Made by a program: the position numbers and the translations under genes
Shown: positions 33,519 through 46,425 of the stretch, piece by piece
Position numbering within the stretch: the first letter of the stretch is position 1
How the letters are laid out: each line of letters starts with the position of its first letter
Notes under the pieces: generated by a model
The model's database searches: none
Seen by the model: the letters and a program-made list of their open reading frames with translations, nothing else
What the model was told of the DNA's origin: nothing
Source: Protoeuglena noctilucae
Taxonomy: Eukaryota
Assembly: GCA_958009085.1 (NCBI GenBank)
Contig: OY253680.1
Span: 682,001 to 746,000 of the forward strand
Length of the DNA stretch: 64,000 nt
Direction: 5' to 3'

Positions 33519-35546
33519 TCAGTGGGAGTCGCCGTGCACAGGCGCTTGGCGGCAGCAGCCACGGTGGATGTGTGGCTCCTGCAGGGAGGAGAAGGGGATG
33601 GCTAATTGGTCAGAGAGGGCGGTGCGGGCGACGCACGCCCATCACCAAGCGCACCAGCCACACTGTGGTGGCCCCAACCCACGCCGTGCTATCCGGTGAG
33701 CCACTCACCAGATGCCGATGTCTTGCGCAGTGGTGCGGGTCAGGTCGAACCTGCGGGGCCCAGAGGCGAGTATGTTACGGAACGGCGCAGTACGACAGGC
33801 AGGCACGACCCCGCTGCGCTCGCGTCCTCACCTGGGTGCGGTCATCGCGGCCTCGATCTGAATCTGGTGCTCCTTGAAGTTGCGCAGGATGCTGCACAGC
33901 TCCTCGATCGCCGCACCCTGGCGCTGCGAGGAGCGAGGCGCACGCAGCAGGGCATGGGTGCGGCTGTACACACACCCGTCTCAGGCGCAGCTCTCGCATC
34001 GTCTCGCATGTCACCTGCACCTGCTCCTTCAGCGCCGCGACCTCCCCCGACGTCTCCGCAGCTGCGCCGAGGAGGGCGCGCGTGGCGCAGTGCATGGCCC
34101 CCGCCACGAGGACAACAGAGCACGACCAGGCGGCAGCCTCAGCCAGGCGAGGGCTCGGGAGAGCCGCCAGGTCTCGGCGGACCGTGCGGGCGACGGCGCA
34201 CGCGCTGGCCCACTGCGCGCGGGCCTCGCTGCAGGCGGCATGCCAGAGGCGGGAAGCCAGGGCGGCGCACCCGCGGGCGAGGGTCGCCGAAGCACGGGCG
34301 GTCCCCGACACGGCCCCGCACGCCCCGCCCCAGGCCGCGAGCACCGTGGTGCCCGTGACAGTGGCCACGCCCAGCGCTGCGTCGCCGACCACGTCGACGG
34401 CACGGGTGACGAAGGGCGCAAGGACCGACGACACCGAGTGGGTCGCGGCGGACGTGCAGGTGGATGCCCGGAGCGAGAGGGTCGAGAGACCTGCGGGGGT
34501 AAGGTGCGGGTGGGCGGGCGGCGTCACACTCCCACCGACGACTGTGACGGACTCGACTCTGGTGGGAGGGGCTTGCTGGCTCTCATGCTCTCACGCCACG
34601 GTCGTGTTACATCGACAATACCCAATGAGCGCTCGCCTTGGGTCCAGTCCTTGACGGTGAGCTTCATGATGACGGTGCCAGAGCGAGCGACGCGCCTGCA
34701 GAAGTCCAGCAGAGTCTCAGAGAGCAGGAGGGCGAGCGAGACGGGCATGCGGACCTGAGACGCAAGTGCAGACACCACACAGGATGGTTCAGAGCTCGCA
34801 GACCTTGCGCAAGGCTGCAAACGCGGACGCTCGTCTCACGCGCGGGCAGCCGGGCCGCACCAGCCACAGGGAGGTGACGTGGACCCACGCCGAGCGCCGG
34901 CTGACCACAGGCGCCCTCGCTGGCTTCGCGGGACGCGAGAGGCGGCGCTCGTTTGCTAAGCGACCGCTCGCGCGCCCCTCAGAGTCTCCCTCTCCCTCGG
35001 TGCCCAGGTGCGGCACGTCCCCTGCATCCACCAGCGCACCCATGTGCTGCGCCGACTCGGACACCGGCAGGCTGTCCGACATGGAGCGCCGGGACAGCCT
35101 GGGGCCGTCCTCGCTCCGGCTACGCAGGCGCGCTGGCTCTAGCGATGGGTCGGGATGGTCCAGGAGATGGTCATAGGAGCCCGCCACGGAGCCGGTCGCA
35201 GACGGGGAGCCGGGGCCGGACACCAGGTTGACCCAGGAGCCGCTGCGGCGAGGGCGAGAGCGCGGGGGGTGGGAAGGGGTCCTACGTTGCAAGGGAGCAT
35301 GGCGCGCGGTGTGGCGCTGCAATTTCACCCGCAGGAGGACGTCCGCGAGTGCTGTCCCGACCGCGCCGCGGCCCGGGCGTTGTTGCGGCGCATGAGGTGC
35401 TCGGCCAGGGCGTGGTGGCTCCTGCGCCGGAAAAAGACGGTTGGCGAGGGTTGGTTGGGAGGCTGCGCGCCGCGCGAGGGATCCGGCGGGCGCCGTGTGC
35501 GGGCGCAAAAGAGAGCTGAGAGTTCCACGACTCGCCTGCGCTCCAT
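33519..35546 (-). CDS. Hypothetical multi-exon protein with hydrophobic segments and a C-terminal coiled-coil-like stretch
   Basis: In-phase exons can be joined with canonical junctions (…GEVAALKEQVQ/RQGAAIEELCSILRNFKEHQ…RFDLTRTTAQDIGIW…TPT*). The 5' end is uncertain. Confidence 0.55.
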
Positions 35547-36259
35547 TTCGCTCGTCAGGGAGTTCCAGACGGGGTCGGCGGGGGCCGCAGGGCGTGGCGA
35601 CGGGGGATGGTCCGGAGCCGCCTTGGGGTCGCGTCCACGAAGACCCTTGAGGCCGATTCGGTACAGCCACATTCCCCCGCGCCACCGAGTCGCCTCTCGC
35701 CCAAGAAGCAGGCGTCCTCCGGTGCGCCCACCGGAGAAACCCTACCAGGGCCTGCGCGCGTAGGGCGGGGGCGCCGTGCATCGCTCGACCATTTCACCGA
35801 GTCGGAAATCGATCAAATAAGCACGGCGAGGAGCCACGGCGCGCGGGATGGCGCCAGGAGCCCGAGGCGCGAAACCCAAATTGGATTCCCGCGCGTTTCT
35901 CGGTCCAGCAGGCTAGTGCGCTTGCAAGCGAGCACCACGCGTGAATTCGGGCCCTCGCGACCCGCGCGGGCGACTCACGGCGGGCCGGCGCGCGCGGTCT
36001 GGCGTGCTCCGCGGTCTGCCAAATATCGTGCCCAGCCGGTCGGGTTCCACGCACCCACCTCGCCCCGAGCCAGGTTTGCGGGGCGGCACGGGGACGGAGC
36101 GCGCTTCTGGCCGCATGTCTGGCCGCGTTTTCTAGCATCTGTCTGACACGTGCTCGTTAAGCCCCAACCGCTCTTTTGCTCTCCAAGGGGCGACATTTGG
36201 CATATATGCAATTCCAGGCGGCAACTGGAGACCCCAGTGGTGGTGTGTGCTGAGCGACA

Positions 36260-36484
36260 ATGGGTATATATCGATCGTTTGCGCAGTTTCTGTACAATCA
36301 GCCGCTTCACATGGTGATTATCGACGGGTTCTTGCTCGGGGCGGCGGCAGAGGTGGCCTTGCACGCGCACTGGAACACTCTGAAATCCAACGAGCACCGC
36401 TCCACGAGCATCAGGCGAGAAATAGAGCTAGACATGCTCTGCAACTCTGCAGCCAGGGCTTGCGCCGAACCCACCGCACGATAG
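36260..36484 (+). CDS. Possible 74-aa single-exon protein with one hydrophobic segment
   Basis: ATG to TAG ORF with a hydrophobic stretch MVIIDGFLLGAAAEVAL. It fills the gap between two genes. No homology recognised. Confidence 0.35.
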   Translation: MGIYRSFAQFLYNQPLHMVIIDGFLLGAAAEVALHAHWNTLKSNEHRSTSIRREIELDMLCNSAARACAEPTAR

Positions 36485-36815
36485 AGCATCGGATTCATGA
36501 ACACTTGCATTCACGACTCACATCCACCCACATGAACTCACACGAGCTCTATCTGCCCGCGCCTGCAGTGTTTTCGGGCACACGTTCGCAACGGGGACGA
36601 GCAGCGGCACAGCGTCCGAGTGATGGCGCCAGGACCACGGGACAGGTAACGCGCGAGACACCTGTCGCGAGGCGGGCCATCGCAGAGGCACGGGCGCCAG
36701 GCGTTAAAGCACCGCGACAATGAGTGGAACAGCACCCCGGGCCCCTCCGCGCAGGCGCGCAGGTGGCTACGTACATCCCGAAGAACGTGCTGAGCCTGCC
36801 CTGGATAACTCGCCC

Positions 36816-38049
36816 TCAAGTCACGTCGCCCGCCCCGCGCATAGGTCCCACAGAGTCCTTCGGGTTATCCGGTTGCGTCCCCTTTCCTAGCGTCTCGAGC
36901 CATCGCTCGGCCATCCCCAGGCACCTGCGCAGAGCATCGCGCACACTTCGCGTTCCGTGCGCCTGCACGCCAGCCGCTGCGCGCCATCAGATGAGCTGCC
37001 GTACCTCGCGACCTCCTCGCGTTCGAATCCGTAATGGTTGAGGTCCCGCACGAACACCTTGCTCGGGCAGTTGCCGATCCCCAGCAGCGTCGCCACCGCC
37101 TTCCTCCGCAACCCGGCCCGGTGCACCCCCGCCCCCTCGAGGTCCTTCACCTGCGCGTGAAGTTCACTCATTCGTATTCCTCATTCCCCATCTCGCTCTT
37201 GTAGCCCCTTCTACACCCACGCGCCCCACGCACCTTGGCCGACACGTCAAAGTCGTGCCCTCCCAGCCCCCATCGCTGCAAGTCTTCCCGCGTGAACTCC
37301 TCCCGCTCCATGTCCGCCCGCCGACTCCTCGCCAGCGCGCGCCGGATGGCGTCCGGGCGAGCGTGCTCGACCCCCAGCTCCCCCACCTCCGCGTCCCCCA
37401 CGGCCCTCCGCAGCACTGCGTCGTTCCCAGGCACGAACGCGTGCAGGCTCACCCCCGGCAGCTTCCGCTCGATCTGCCGCCGCATCTGCCGGCCCGCGTG
37501 GTCCGGGTCTAGCAACAGGATGGGCGTGCCCAGCATCGACACCGCCTTGGTCAGCCGAGACTCCTGGGCCGCGTCCAGAGCCTCGTTCGCTCCGCCCATC
37601 ACCAGCACGTGACCCGCCACGGACCTGCAAGCGCGGAGGAGGTCTGAGTCAGGGCAGGCGGAGAGGGGACACGCGTGCATCGTACAGCCTCGCCCCTCCC
37701 CGCCGCACCGGAGCGCCGCCATCGCGTCCTTGGTGCCCTCGACGACGACGAAGCCCGGCACGGGCGGGAGGCCCGTGTCCCGGCCAGCGTTCGAGAAGAC
37801 CTGGAGGCGTCCAAAGTCGCCCTTGCTCCGCGCAGCCAGCGCGCCCTTCCGGCTGCCGGGGCCCTGCTGCGGGCCCGCCACCTTGTCCCAGAACCTGTCC
37901 CCGTTCACTGCGTGCGCGGCCGGGCGTCGCCTCGGGTCCCGGTGCGGCGCGGGCGCTTGGGAGCTTGGCACAGGCGCGGATGCAGGTCTCCGCGGTCTCA
38001 CCGATGCTGCCCGTGTCGAGAGAGAGGACGTCAGCCCAGTTCCTGGCAT
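36816..38049 (-). CDS. rnmV: Ribonuclease M5 (TOPRIM nuclease, 5S rRNA maturase) with an N-terminal organelle-transit-like extension, intron-containing
   Basis: VVVEGTKD, ILLLDPDHAG, HAFVP, LGVEHA..AIRRAL, then C-terminal domain EDLQRWGLGG..RRKAVATLLGIGNCPSKVFVRDLNHYG. Motif order is colinear with Bacillus RnmV. GT-AG introns at ~37625-37705 and ~37151-37232. Both ends are approximate. Confidence 0.9.
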
Positions 38050-38676
38050 TTCCCGCAGTCCTCGCTCCCCCGCTGCCCCCCCCCGCCCTGGAGAGCGGCG
38101 CGGTTGCGGACGAAAGCGCCCTGCCGCCGTGCGGGGGCCGGAATCGCGGCGCCCCGGCCGGCCACCCTGCCAGCCAGCGCCGCGCCAAACACGCGCACAT
38201 CCCTCCCGCTGTCTCCGGCCAAAGCGTGCGACGCGACGGAGAACTCGGGGTGCCCCGCCAGTCAGACACGGTAAAGCACCGCCCGTGCCGCCAATCTGCG
38301 CCCCCGCACCCCCGAGGCGACCCGCTGTTCCGTATATCTGACGTCCCTGCCAATCTTTCCCTGTCGTGGTCCCCGCCATCGTGGACATCGGCGCCGAGAG
38401 TGTCGCCCAAGACTTTTTGAGACTGATTTGGTGCAGCGTGGCCCTCGCGACACCGACATGCGCATCGGTTTGAGTCGGGGCACCCACCCTTGCCTCTCCC
38501 CGGGCGGCCCGGGGCGACCAACGGGGGAAGGGAGTTTTTGACTGGCCCTCGGGCCGAGATTCCGTGCCGTAGGGGCTTGACGACGGCGGTCTGTGCCGTC
38601 TCGCACACGGAGGGCCGCCTGACGCCGCGCTCCCGGGACGCCTGCGCCGCTGCGGTGGCCAAGTGCCCGAGGCGCG

Positions 38677-41600
38677 ATGCTCGGATACCACGCCCCGGAT
38701 GCCTCCCGGGCCCTCGGGGGCAACGGGTACATCGATGATCAAATCAGCAGGCAGTTTAACGAGGACAAGTACGTTTCGCCCCCGGCAGCGAGGGAGGGCA
38801 ACGGTGCGTGCCCGCAAAGCGCCTCGGCCCCCCCGGTCGCCGCACTCGCTCCCCGCGGCCCTCCCGGCACCCTGGATCCATCTCGACACAACTCTTATGC
38901 CATCTCCCTCCGCCTCACGACCCCGCAGGCCACATCCAGCCCGGAGCGCCCGCGACTCCCGATGCCTCAGATGCGACGCCCGCCCAGGCCGCGCCCGACC
39001 CCGGGCCGGATCTGGCGCCCGCCGCCGATGCGGGCAAGGCGGCCGCTCAGCAAGTCAAGCTCGAGGTGCGTGGGGGGGTCCGCAGGGACGCGCGGCGGCG
39101 TGCAGCAGGGGCTCGACCCTCAACCGTAGGCGCGATGCGTTATACCCTGCCCCGCGACCTCGCAGGTCGAGGGGTGGCGCACATTGGAGCGGGTCACGCT
39201 GCAGGATGAGCTTCTGGCAGCGGACGAGAACGCCCACCTCTCCAGCCTGGACGCCAGCGCACGAGACCCGCTGCACCCCGACCGCCTCGTCTACCTCGCG
39301 GGGCTGGGCGCCACCGCCCGCAACGCGGACTTCTTGAGCATCGCGACGGTCATCGCGCCCCTCCTGCACGACCTGCGCGCGGACGAGTCGCAACAGGTGC
39401 GAGGCTGCGCTGTGATGCACGTTGAGCTTCCTCTGGAGTCGATTCGCGCGCCGTAGTTGAAGCTGCCCCCCGCCGGATTGCGCAGGTCCGCGAGGTCGTT
39501 GCTGCGGGCGTCGGGGATGTCGCGGAGGCCGCGGCGCAGGCCGCGGAGGCGGACGGGGACTACTGTGCCGAGCTGGGGATCGATCCGCGGACCGTGCCAA
39601 AGCTGCCCGAGGTCCTCTCGACCCTCGCGACGACATGCAGTGAGTGGCTGTAATCGCCGGGCTCGCCCCGGACCCGCTGTGCGTCGCTGAATGACGGCCA
39701 CATGGCGCGCCGTGCCTCAACACATTCCTGCCGCTAAATGCACCCGCCCGCGCCCCCGCTGCGCAGTGACGATGCTCGAGGACACGCGTCCGGAGGTCCA
39801 GGAGGCCGCCGCTGCCAGCGCTGGGCGCGTCGCGGCGCTGCTGCGGCCGGGTGCGCTGGGGGAGGCGGTGCTGCGGCCGCTGCTGACGCTGAGCCGGCAC
39901 GGGAGGGGCCAGACGCGCGCCGCCGCCATCTCCGCGCTCTTCGAGGCCGTTGGTTGCGTCTGCGAGGCGGCGGTCGAGCGCGGCGACGCGGCGGGCGCAG
40001 AGGAGGGGGGCTCGCCATGCGACGCTGAGGCGACGCTGTCGGCCGCGATTGAGGGCGGCTGGGACGCCGTCATGTCCGTCGCGCGCCGCGTCGCCGCCGA
40101 CCCGGAGCTCGAGGTGCAGATCGCGGCGGTGCAGGGGTTCGCGAAGGTGGCGCGCCACCTCCCCCTGGCACAGGCGGAGGGCGCGGGGGTGGCCGTGCTG
40201 CGCGAGGTGCGCGGGCGGGGGCCGCGAGACTGTCGATACTTATCGATACTTATAGTCATCTGCTTTGTGCTAAGCATATGTTATTCACATATGTTATTCA
40301 CGCATTCTCGCTCGCAGGCGGCGGACTCGAGCGTGTGGTCGGTGCGGAAGGCCGCTGCTCTGCTGACGCCGAGCCTGAGCGCGGCCGTGGGCCCCGAGTG
40401 CCGCCGGCAGGTCGTGATGCGCATCGTGGAGGAGCTGCAGGTGCGCGCGGATCTCGGTCGCAAGGGGGGCGGGATTCGCGAGCGTAACTGTGCGACGGGG
40501 ACGCCTGCGACACAATAACACAATGCTGTCGCTCATCGATCTCCACGTGAGCGCTTTTCGCTTCCGCAGTCCGACATGTCGGCGTGGGTGCGCAAGGCGG
40601 TGCAGGGCTGCATCGCCCAGGTGGTGGCCAGCTTAGCGTCGCAGGACGTGCCCCCAGCGCTTGTGAGCGAGTTCTGCCGCATGGCCTCCCATCACGACAA
40701 GGAGGTGCACGTGGCGTGTGCCCACGACTTCCCCGCCATGGTCGCCGTGCTGGGGCCCGAGCGGTGAGAGTTGGGTGGGGCAGCGACGCATCGGCTTGGG
40801 AGTGAGCGCCTGACGAAGGTGCTAGGGAGCGACAGTCACATGGGATGTCTCATGCGCTGACCTGATGTCGTTCGCATCGCGCTGCAGGTGGTCGGAGCTG
40901 GAGGCGCTCTTCTCGGAGCTCTGCGGTTCCGTGTACATAGAGGTGCGCACCAAGACGGGGACGTTCTTGCACGAGGTGGCACGGCTGCTGCTGCCTGGGG
41001 GAACTGCTACGGGTGGCGCTGAGGCTCGGGAGAGGCAGCGGCAGGTGGTGGAGGCGGCGGAGGCGCTGGTGGGCGACCCGGAGCCGGACGTCATCGCAGC
41101 GACGGCCAGGGGAGCGGGGAAGCTCCTGGGGTGTCTGGACGAGGGGGCGGCGAGGCAGGCGAGGGGCGCGATGAGTGGGTGTGGCATTGCAAGGGTGCTG
41201 TTTAGAGTGCCTTTGCCATTCGCTGCATGTCGAACTCTTTGGCAGAGCCATGGACTGTGTTGCACGTGACTGTTGCCTTTTCGCGTCGCCCTATCACATG
41301 CACCCTCACTACAACCACCCCCATCCACGTCTACCCACCCCAGGTGCTCAAGTGTCTCTTGGCGTCCCTGGCGGCCGGCACCCCGACCGACGCGACCTTC
41401 TGCGGCCCCTGGCGGATGCGCCAGGCCATCGTGGGGGCACTGGGTGAAGCGTCCAGCATCCTCCCGGAGCGTGACGTGGAGGGCGGGGTGGTGCCCGCTC
41501 TGCTGAGCGCCCTGGGGGACCCCGTGGCTGCGGTGCGGGAAGAGGCGGCGGGGCAGCTGGGCCGCGCGGTGTGCGTGGCTGCCATGGCGGGGGCGGCGGT

Positions 41601-43736
41601 GGGGGGCAGTCAGGCCGGGCTGTCGAGCGATGCAGGGAGCGAGGTTGGGGGAGCGAGGGGCGGGGCGGGAGAGGTGCGGGACGCGGGGGGTGCGGCGCTA
41701 GAGGGAGATCGGTGGGGGTTAGGGGTGTTCAGCCAGGGTACAGTGGTGGAACATGAGCCGGGCGAGGGGGCGGGGGTGCGGGGGGAGGGTGTGACGGAGG
41801 GTGAGGGTGAGGGTGGGAGAGAGGGTGCGGGGGAGGGTTTAGGAGAGGGTGGGGGAGCGGTTGAGCCGCCGGGGTCGCACGGGGTGGGGTTGGAGGAGGG
41901 CGGTTGGGGCGGCGTGGTGCAGGTGGCGCGTGAGAGGGGCGGGGAGAACAGTCGGTGGCTGTTGGAGGAGGGGAGCGAGGGGGCGGACGAGGATGCGGCG
42001 CTGGAGGAGCTGCTGGAGCTGGGGGAGAGGGAGGGGAACGCAGAGGTGAGGGCGGGGTGGGTGGTGGAGGCGAGCGGAGTGAGGGCACGATGAGGGCAGA
42101 AGGAATGCACGTGCCTATGGGTCCACATATGAACACTTGTTGCAAGTAACTGTTGTGCATAACACATCATTGTGGTTGTGTATGTTTCCAATGCGACCCT
42201 CTCCTCTCCTGCGTCTCTCGCAGCCCCACGGTGACGACGAGGCCGGCCCAGGGCTCCCCACCTCCCTCGCCATCCCCGCCGCCGCGCAGCCCCCGGGGAG
42301 GCAGGTCCGCTCGCATCCCTTCGCGCTGCTGGGGCGCCACGGCCACTCTCAGTCCACGGGGCATTTGGGCAGGGGCCCCAGGCACAGGCGGCACTGGGGG
42401 GGCCACGCGGCGGCAGGCGGGGGTGTGGGGCTGCACGGCAGCGCGTCGGCAAACGCCCTGGGGGCGGCGGGGGCGCTGCGGGGCAGCGGGGGCGCCGGGG
42501 GTGGGCATGGTGGGGGCCTGTACCGTGCGAGGGAGCACAGCCCTGCTCCGGAGGACGGGGAGATGTTTGCAGCGATGGCGGAGCAGGGGATGTCGGCAGA
42601 AGAGATGATGGAGGCGCTGAGGTGAGGAATGGGTGATGGGAGAAGTGGGTGTGTTAGTGGAGATGATGGAGGGGCTGAGGTGATGGTTAGGGGTGTCGTG
42701 CTGACAAGAGTGTGGTGTCTCATCACAACATGCCGATCACATTCCGCTCTTAGATCCGATCCTCTTGCTCTCTCACAACACATACCTGCCTTCATGAGTC
42801 ATATCCACCTCTCGCAGGGAGCACGTCCACCAGCAGTCCCTCCACCAGCTCCGCTCTCTGGAGGGCCTCTCCAGCACCTCCTTCCACTCCTCCCAAGTCG
42901 AGGGGCCCTTCCCAGGCACCTCACGCCCCGTCTCGCGCGCCGGTGAGGGGATGCAATGAGGCTTGTAATTGCCTGGTGGATGACGCACTCGGTTTCGTTA
43001 CTGAATGATATGTTCGACTGGTCGGCTGATCCCGATTGGCAACGTTGGGAACATGACAACGGGTTTCATCCCTTTCGACGTCTCACCACCACCCACACCC
43101 CCTCTCGACCATCATCACCACGCCCTCACACTTATGCCCTCTCCCCATCCACCCAGGCCCGGCCCAATCTTCGCGCGCCACGGAGTCCGAGGACTGGCCC
43201 GGCCCCGGCCGCTCCCCCATGGCTGCTCTGAAGGACGCCCTGCGGCAGTACCGCTCCTCCCACTTCCGCGACCGGCAGCTCACGGCGCTGCTCATCGCCA
43301 ACCTGGCCGACGCCGTCGCCGTCAACGCCGAGGTCGGGTGAGAAACGGGGTGGGGTGGAGTGGGATGGCGCGTGGCAGAGTGGGTGAGCTGCGCGGGGGT
43401 GTGCCATGGAGGCTGGGTGTGGCATGACGTGGGTGGGTCTAAAGTGGTCAAATTGTGCAGATGCGTGTTCCCATGCACAGCATCCCCTCGCCTGCCTCGC
43501 CCATGCATGCGGGTTGCCTTGCCTCGTCCCTTGTCCACCCACCATCCCTACACTGTCTCTGCAGCAAGCTCGTGCGCCCGGTGCTGCGTCGCCTGGCCCG
43601 GGACGCCGTGGCGTCGGTGAGGGAGTGCGCCCTGGCGGCATCAGACTGCCTGCCCACGACCATCCGGGACTCGAACGCTGTGAGGGACATGGGCAAGGGC
43701 AGCCAGGCTGAGGCAGCGGACAGGGCTCAGGCATGA
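38677..43736 (+). CDS. HEAT-repeat protein, PP4 regulatory subunit 1-like (PP2A A-subunit family)
   Basis: HEAT motifs LEDTRPEVQEAAA, DSSVWSVRKAAA, SDMSAWVRKA, CAHDFPAMVAVLGPERWSEL..EVR..FLHEVARLL, WRMRQAI, LGDPVAAVREEAA, SSHFRDRQ and LARDAVASVR. The 5' end is uncertain. Confidence 0.8.
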
Positions 43737-44445
43737 GAAGCCCCAGGACTGCAGAAGCCCCACTAACAGCGCTCGCTGACGCATGGAGTGGTGGTCGCTT
43801 GTGTTATCCTCCAGACACGTAAGGCCGCGCTTGTTGTCGACCATTTCCTATCAAGGCCGCTCGTGAGCCCCGGACCCGGACTCAGGGGCGGTTTGTGCTA
43901 TGGCGGTTCGCTTCCGGGGTGGTCTATCACACCCCACCGGTTTGAGCCGCTGTCTGCTTTGCTGCGACCGGTCTGCGCTCCATTGTCACGACTGGCACCT
44001 AGGCGACTGCACGGGTGCTGAGGATGCGAACCGTCACTCGGATTTCCCAGCCGTTGCCTTCGTAGTTCATATGCGTAAATGTTGGCTCATGAGAAGCTGC
44101 TTGTGTGAAGGCCGACGAGTGAGAGTTCATCTGTGCCATCCACACGACCAGTGACGTCATCTACTGCTGCTGCCGATCTAGCCACCACAACGAGGTCCCC
44201 CCTGCGGGACTAGAAGGAACACCGTGCACGGCCCACGCTAGACTGAAAGCCAGGCTGCAGAGGCGGGCTAGTGGACGCGTGGCCTGCGTGGGTGTCGGGG
44301 GCGCCCAGGGCACAGGCTGCAGACTGTGATGTCGCTGCCCTCTCACAGAGAGCGGCCCTTCCTAGCGTGTATGGAGCGTGGCCATGCAGGGCAGGATGAG
44401 GAAGTGAGATATCGATGGCGGCTCTTAGGGTGAGGGCAACAGGTG

Positions 44446-46425
44446 TCAGCGATTCGGAGGGTGGGCGTTGGGCATGCCCAGTTGCTGGGTGGCGATGTGA
44501 AGGGCCGGTATCAACGATTGCTCATTTACATGCCGGCGTACTTGTTCACAAACTGCCAGAAAGTTCCTACAAAAGCTTGCTGGTCTAAGCCACGGCGACT
44601 GAGGCTGGTACAGATGACACAACAGATGACTGCCCGGGGCGCAGTCGGGTCCATCACAGCGCTCGTACAACACGTCTACCATTGCTACCCCACGCGACCT
44701 GTCATGCTCAAGGACATCATTGACGCTCATTATCATCTCGACGCCGCTTCCTGGAGCCCGTGCTTGCTGACAACACAGCACTTGGAGCTGGCTCAGCCGC
44801 AGTCGTAACCTGCATTGACGCCTTGTTTGTTGGAAAAGACTTTGCACCCCGCGAGTGCCCGGGGGCCAGGACGTCCATCTCCTGGGACACCCATCCTCGC
44901 ACGCTCGCCCACTCCCTACCAGCATCGACTGCAGCCCTGCCAGGGACGGCCTGCTCGAGATCGGGCCCAGGCACTGCCGCAGGATCTCCCTGCGAAAACG
45001 CGAGCCTTGCACAGGTCAGCAGCTCTTGCGTTGCGCTGCGGGTGTCAGTCAATATGGCCGCAGCGGCACAGCTCGTCACCGCAGCTTGTCGTCAGGGACC
45101 TGGTCGAGGTTCATGTGCTGCAGCGTGCGCCCCATGGCGTGCTCGACCGCGACCATCGCCGGCGGGGTGTCGGCGAATGGCTTTTTCCCAGTCGCCAGCT
45201 CCGCAAGGGTCGCAGCGACCGAGTACACGTCCCACCGCGGGTCTGGGAGGGCGACAGTAGGCGAAGAGGACAGGATGAGGTGTGGCAGTTTGTACAAGCA
45301 TTGTCCGCCACATCATGGATGCCCACACTCAAGAGTCACCTGCCCTGCACCCCGGACCGGCCCGGGTAGACAGCTGCTCCAGGCAGCTGTAGGCCAGCGT
45401 GAAAGCCAGAGTTGACATCACAGTCTTCTCCAGCACCTGCGAGGAGCTCAAGGCCATGGATATTGATAACCACAGCGTTGCTGGAAGCGCACTCTTGGCC
45501 ATCACCACAGTGGCCGGGGTCTACAGGTCACACCACCTAACGCTCCCAGCATTGCGCCGACGCCCACACTCGCCTTGCTGCTCCCGAAGTCGCACAGCAC
45601 CACCGTGCCGTCCCCCCGCACCAGGCAGTTCTCGGGCTTGATGTCGCAGTGCACGATGCCGCAGGCGTGCAGCTGCGCCAGGCTTGTGCAGATGTCCAGC
45701 GCCACCTTGGCCAGCTGCCGCATCTCCATGCCTTTGCCCCCGTTGTTGTCAAGCCACCGCCCCAGGGATGTCTGGCACAGCTCCATCACCAGGTACACCA
45801 TCCCCTGCTGCTCCATGTACCCGTACACACGGCACACCGCGGGGCACTCCTAAGAGGCCAGCATGAACCTCCCCACCTCGCGCACAACCCGATCGCGGTA
45901 AGATCCCGCCATTGGCAGCTCCTTCACCGCTACGTCGACGGGCTGCTCGCCGGGCCTCTGCAGCTTCGCGCAGCGCACGACGGCTCTGCCCTCGGAGCCT
46001 CCGATGCATGGCCCGATGTCGGCTATCCAGCTGGGGTCGAGGCGGCCGACGAGATCCAGCTCCTCCGCCTGCCTCGCCGTGCGCTGTTCCGCGTCACCCG
46101 CCGGCAGCGTCTTGAGCTTGTCGACGTACGCCTCGGCGCCGTCCGGGCGCAGCGCCCGCATCTCTTCCGTCGGCTCGTGCAGGTCGCAGCACCGCGGCTG
46201 GAACGCCTCGCCGCTGCTTGAATTCGTCCCTTCCGTGCCGAGGTTGTTCAGCAGGCACTTCCGGCACAGCACGCACCCGCACGGCAGCTGCTTGGGCCTG
46301 TGCTCCCCACCATCATAGGCGCTTCCGCATGAAGTGCACTCTTGCAGCGCCTGCCCACCCGCCCCTGCGATCGGAGAACCGTGCTCTGCACTCGGGCCCC
46401 GTCCGGGCTTTCTGTCGCCGCGCAT
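44446..46425 (-). pseudogene. KEG-like RING-finger plus Ser/Thr kinase, interrupted by an in-frame TAG
   Basis: RING: CTSC..YD..EHRPKQLPCGCVLCRKC. Kinase: VAVKEL, FMLAS*ECPAVCRVYG (TAG at 45850-45852), LVMELC, HCDIKPEN, DFG, a degenerate APE (YSCLEQ) and DVYSVAATLAELATGKKPF. Confidence 0.8.

Noticed and set aside
36816..38049. RNase M5 as bacterial contamination or a chimeric assembly
   Set aside because: It has spliceosomal introns, host-like GC3 and a transit-like extension, and it is contiguous with algal genes.
37168..38889. 573-aa ORF as the full RNase M5 protein
   Set aside because: It reads through an in-frame intron, misses the C-terminal exons and extends into the region shared with the divergent PP4R1-like gene.
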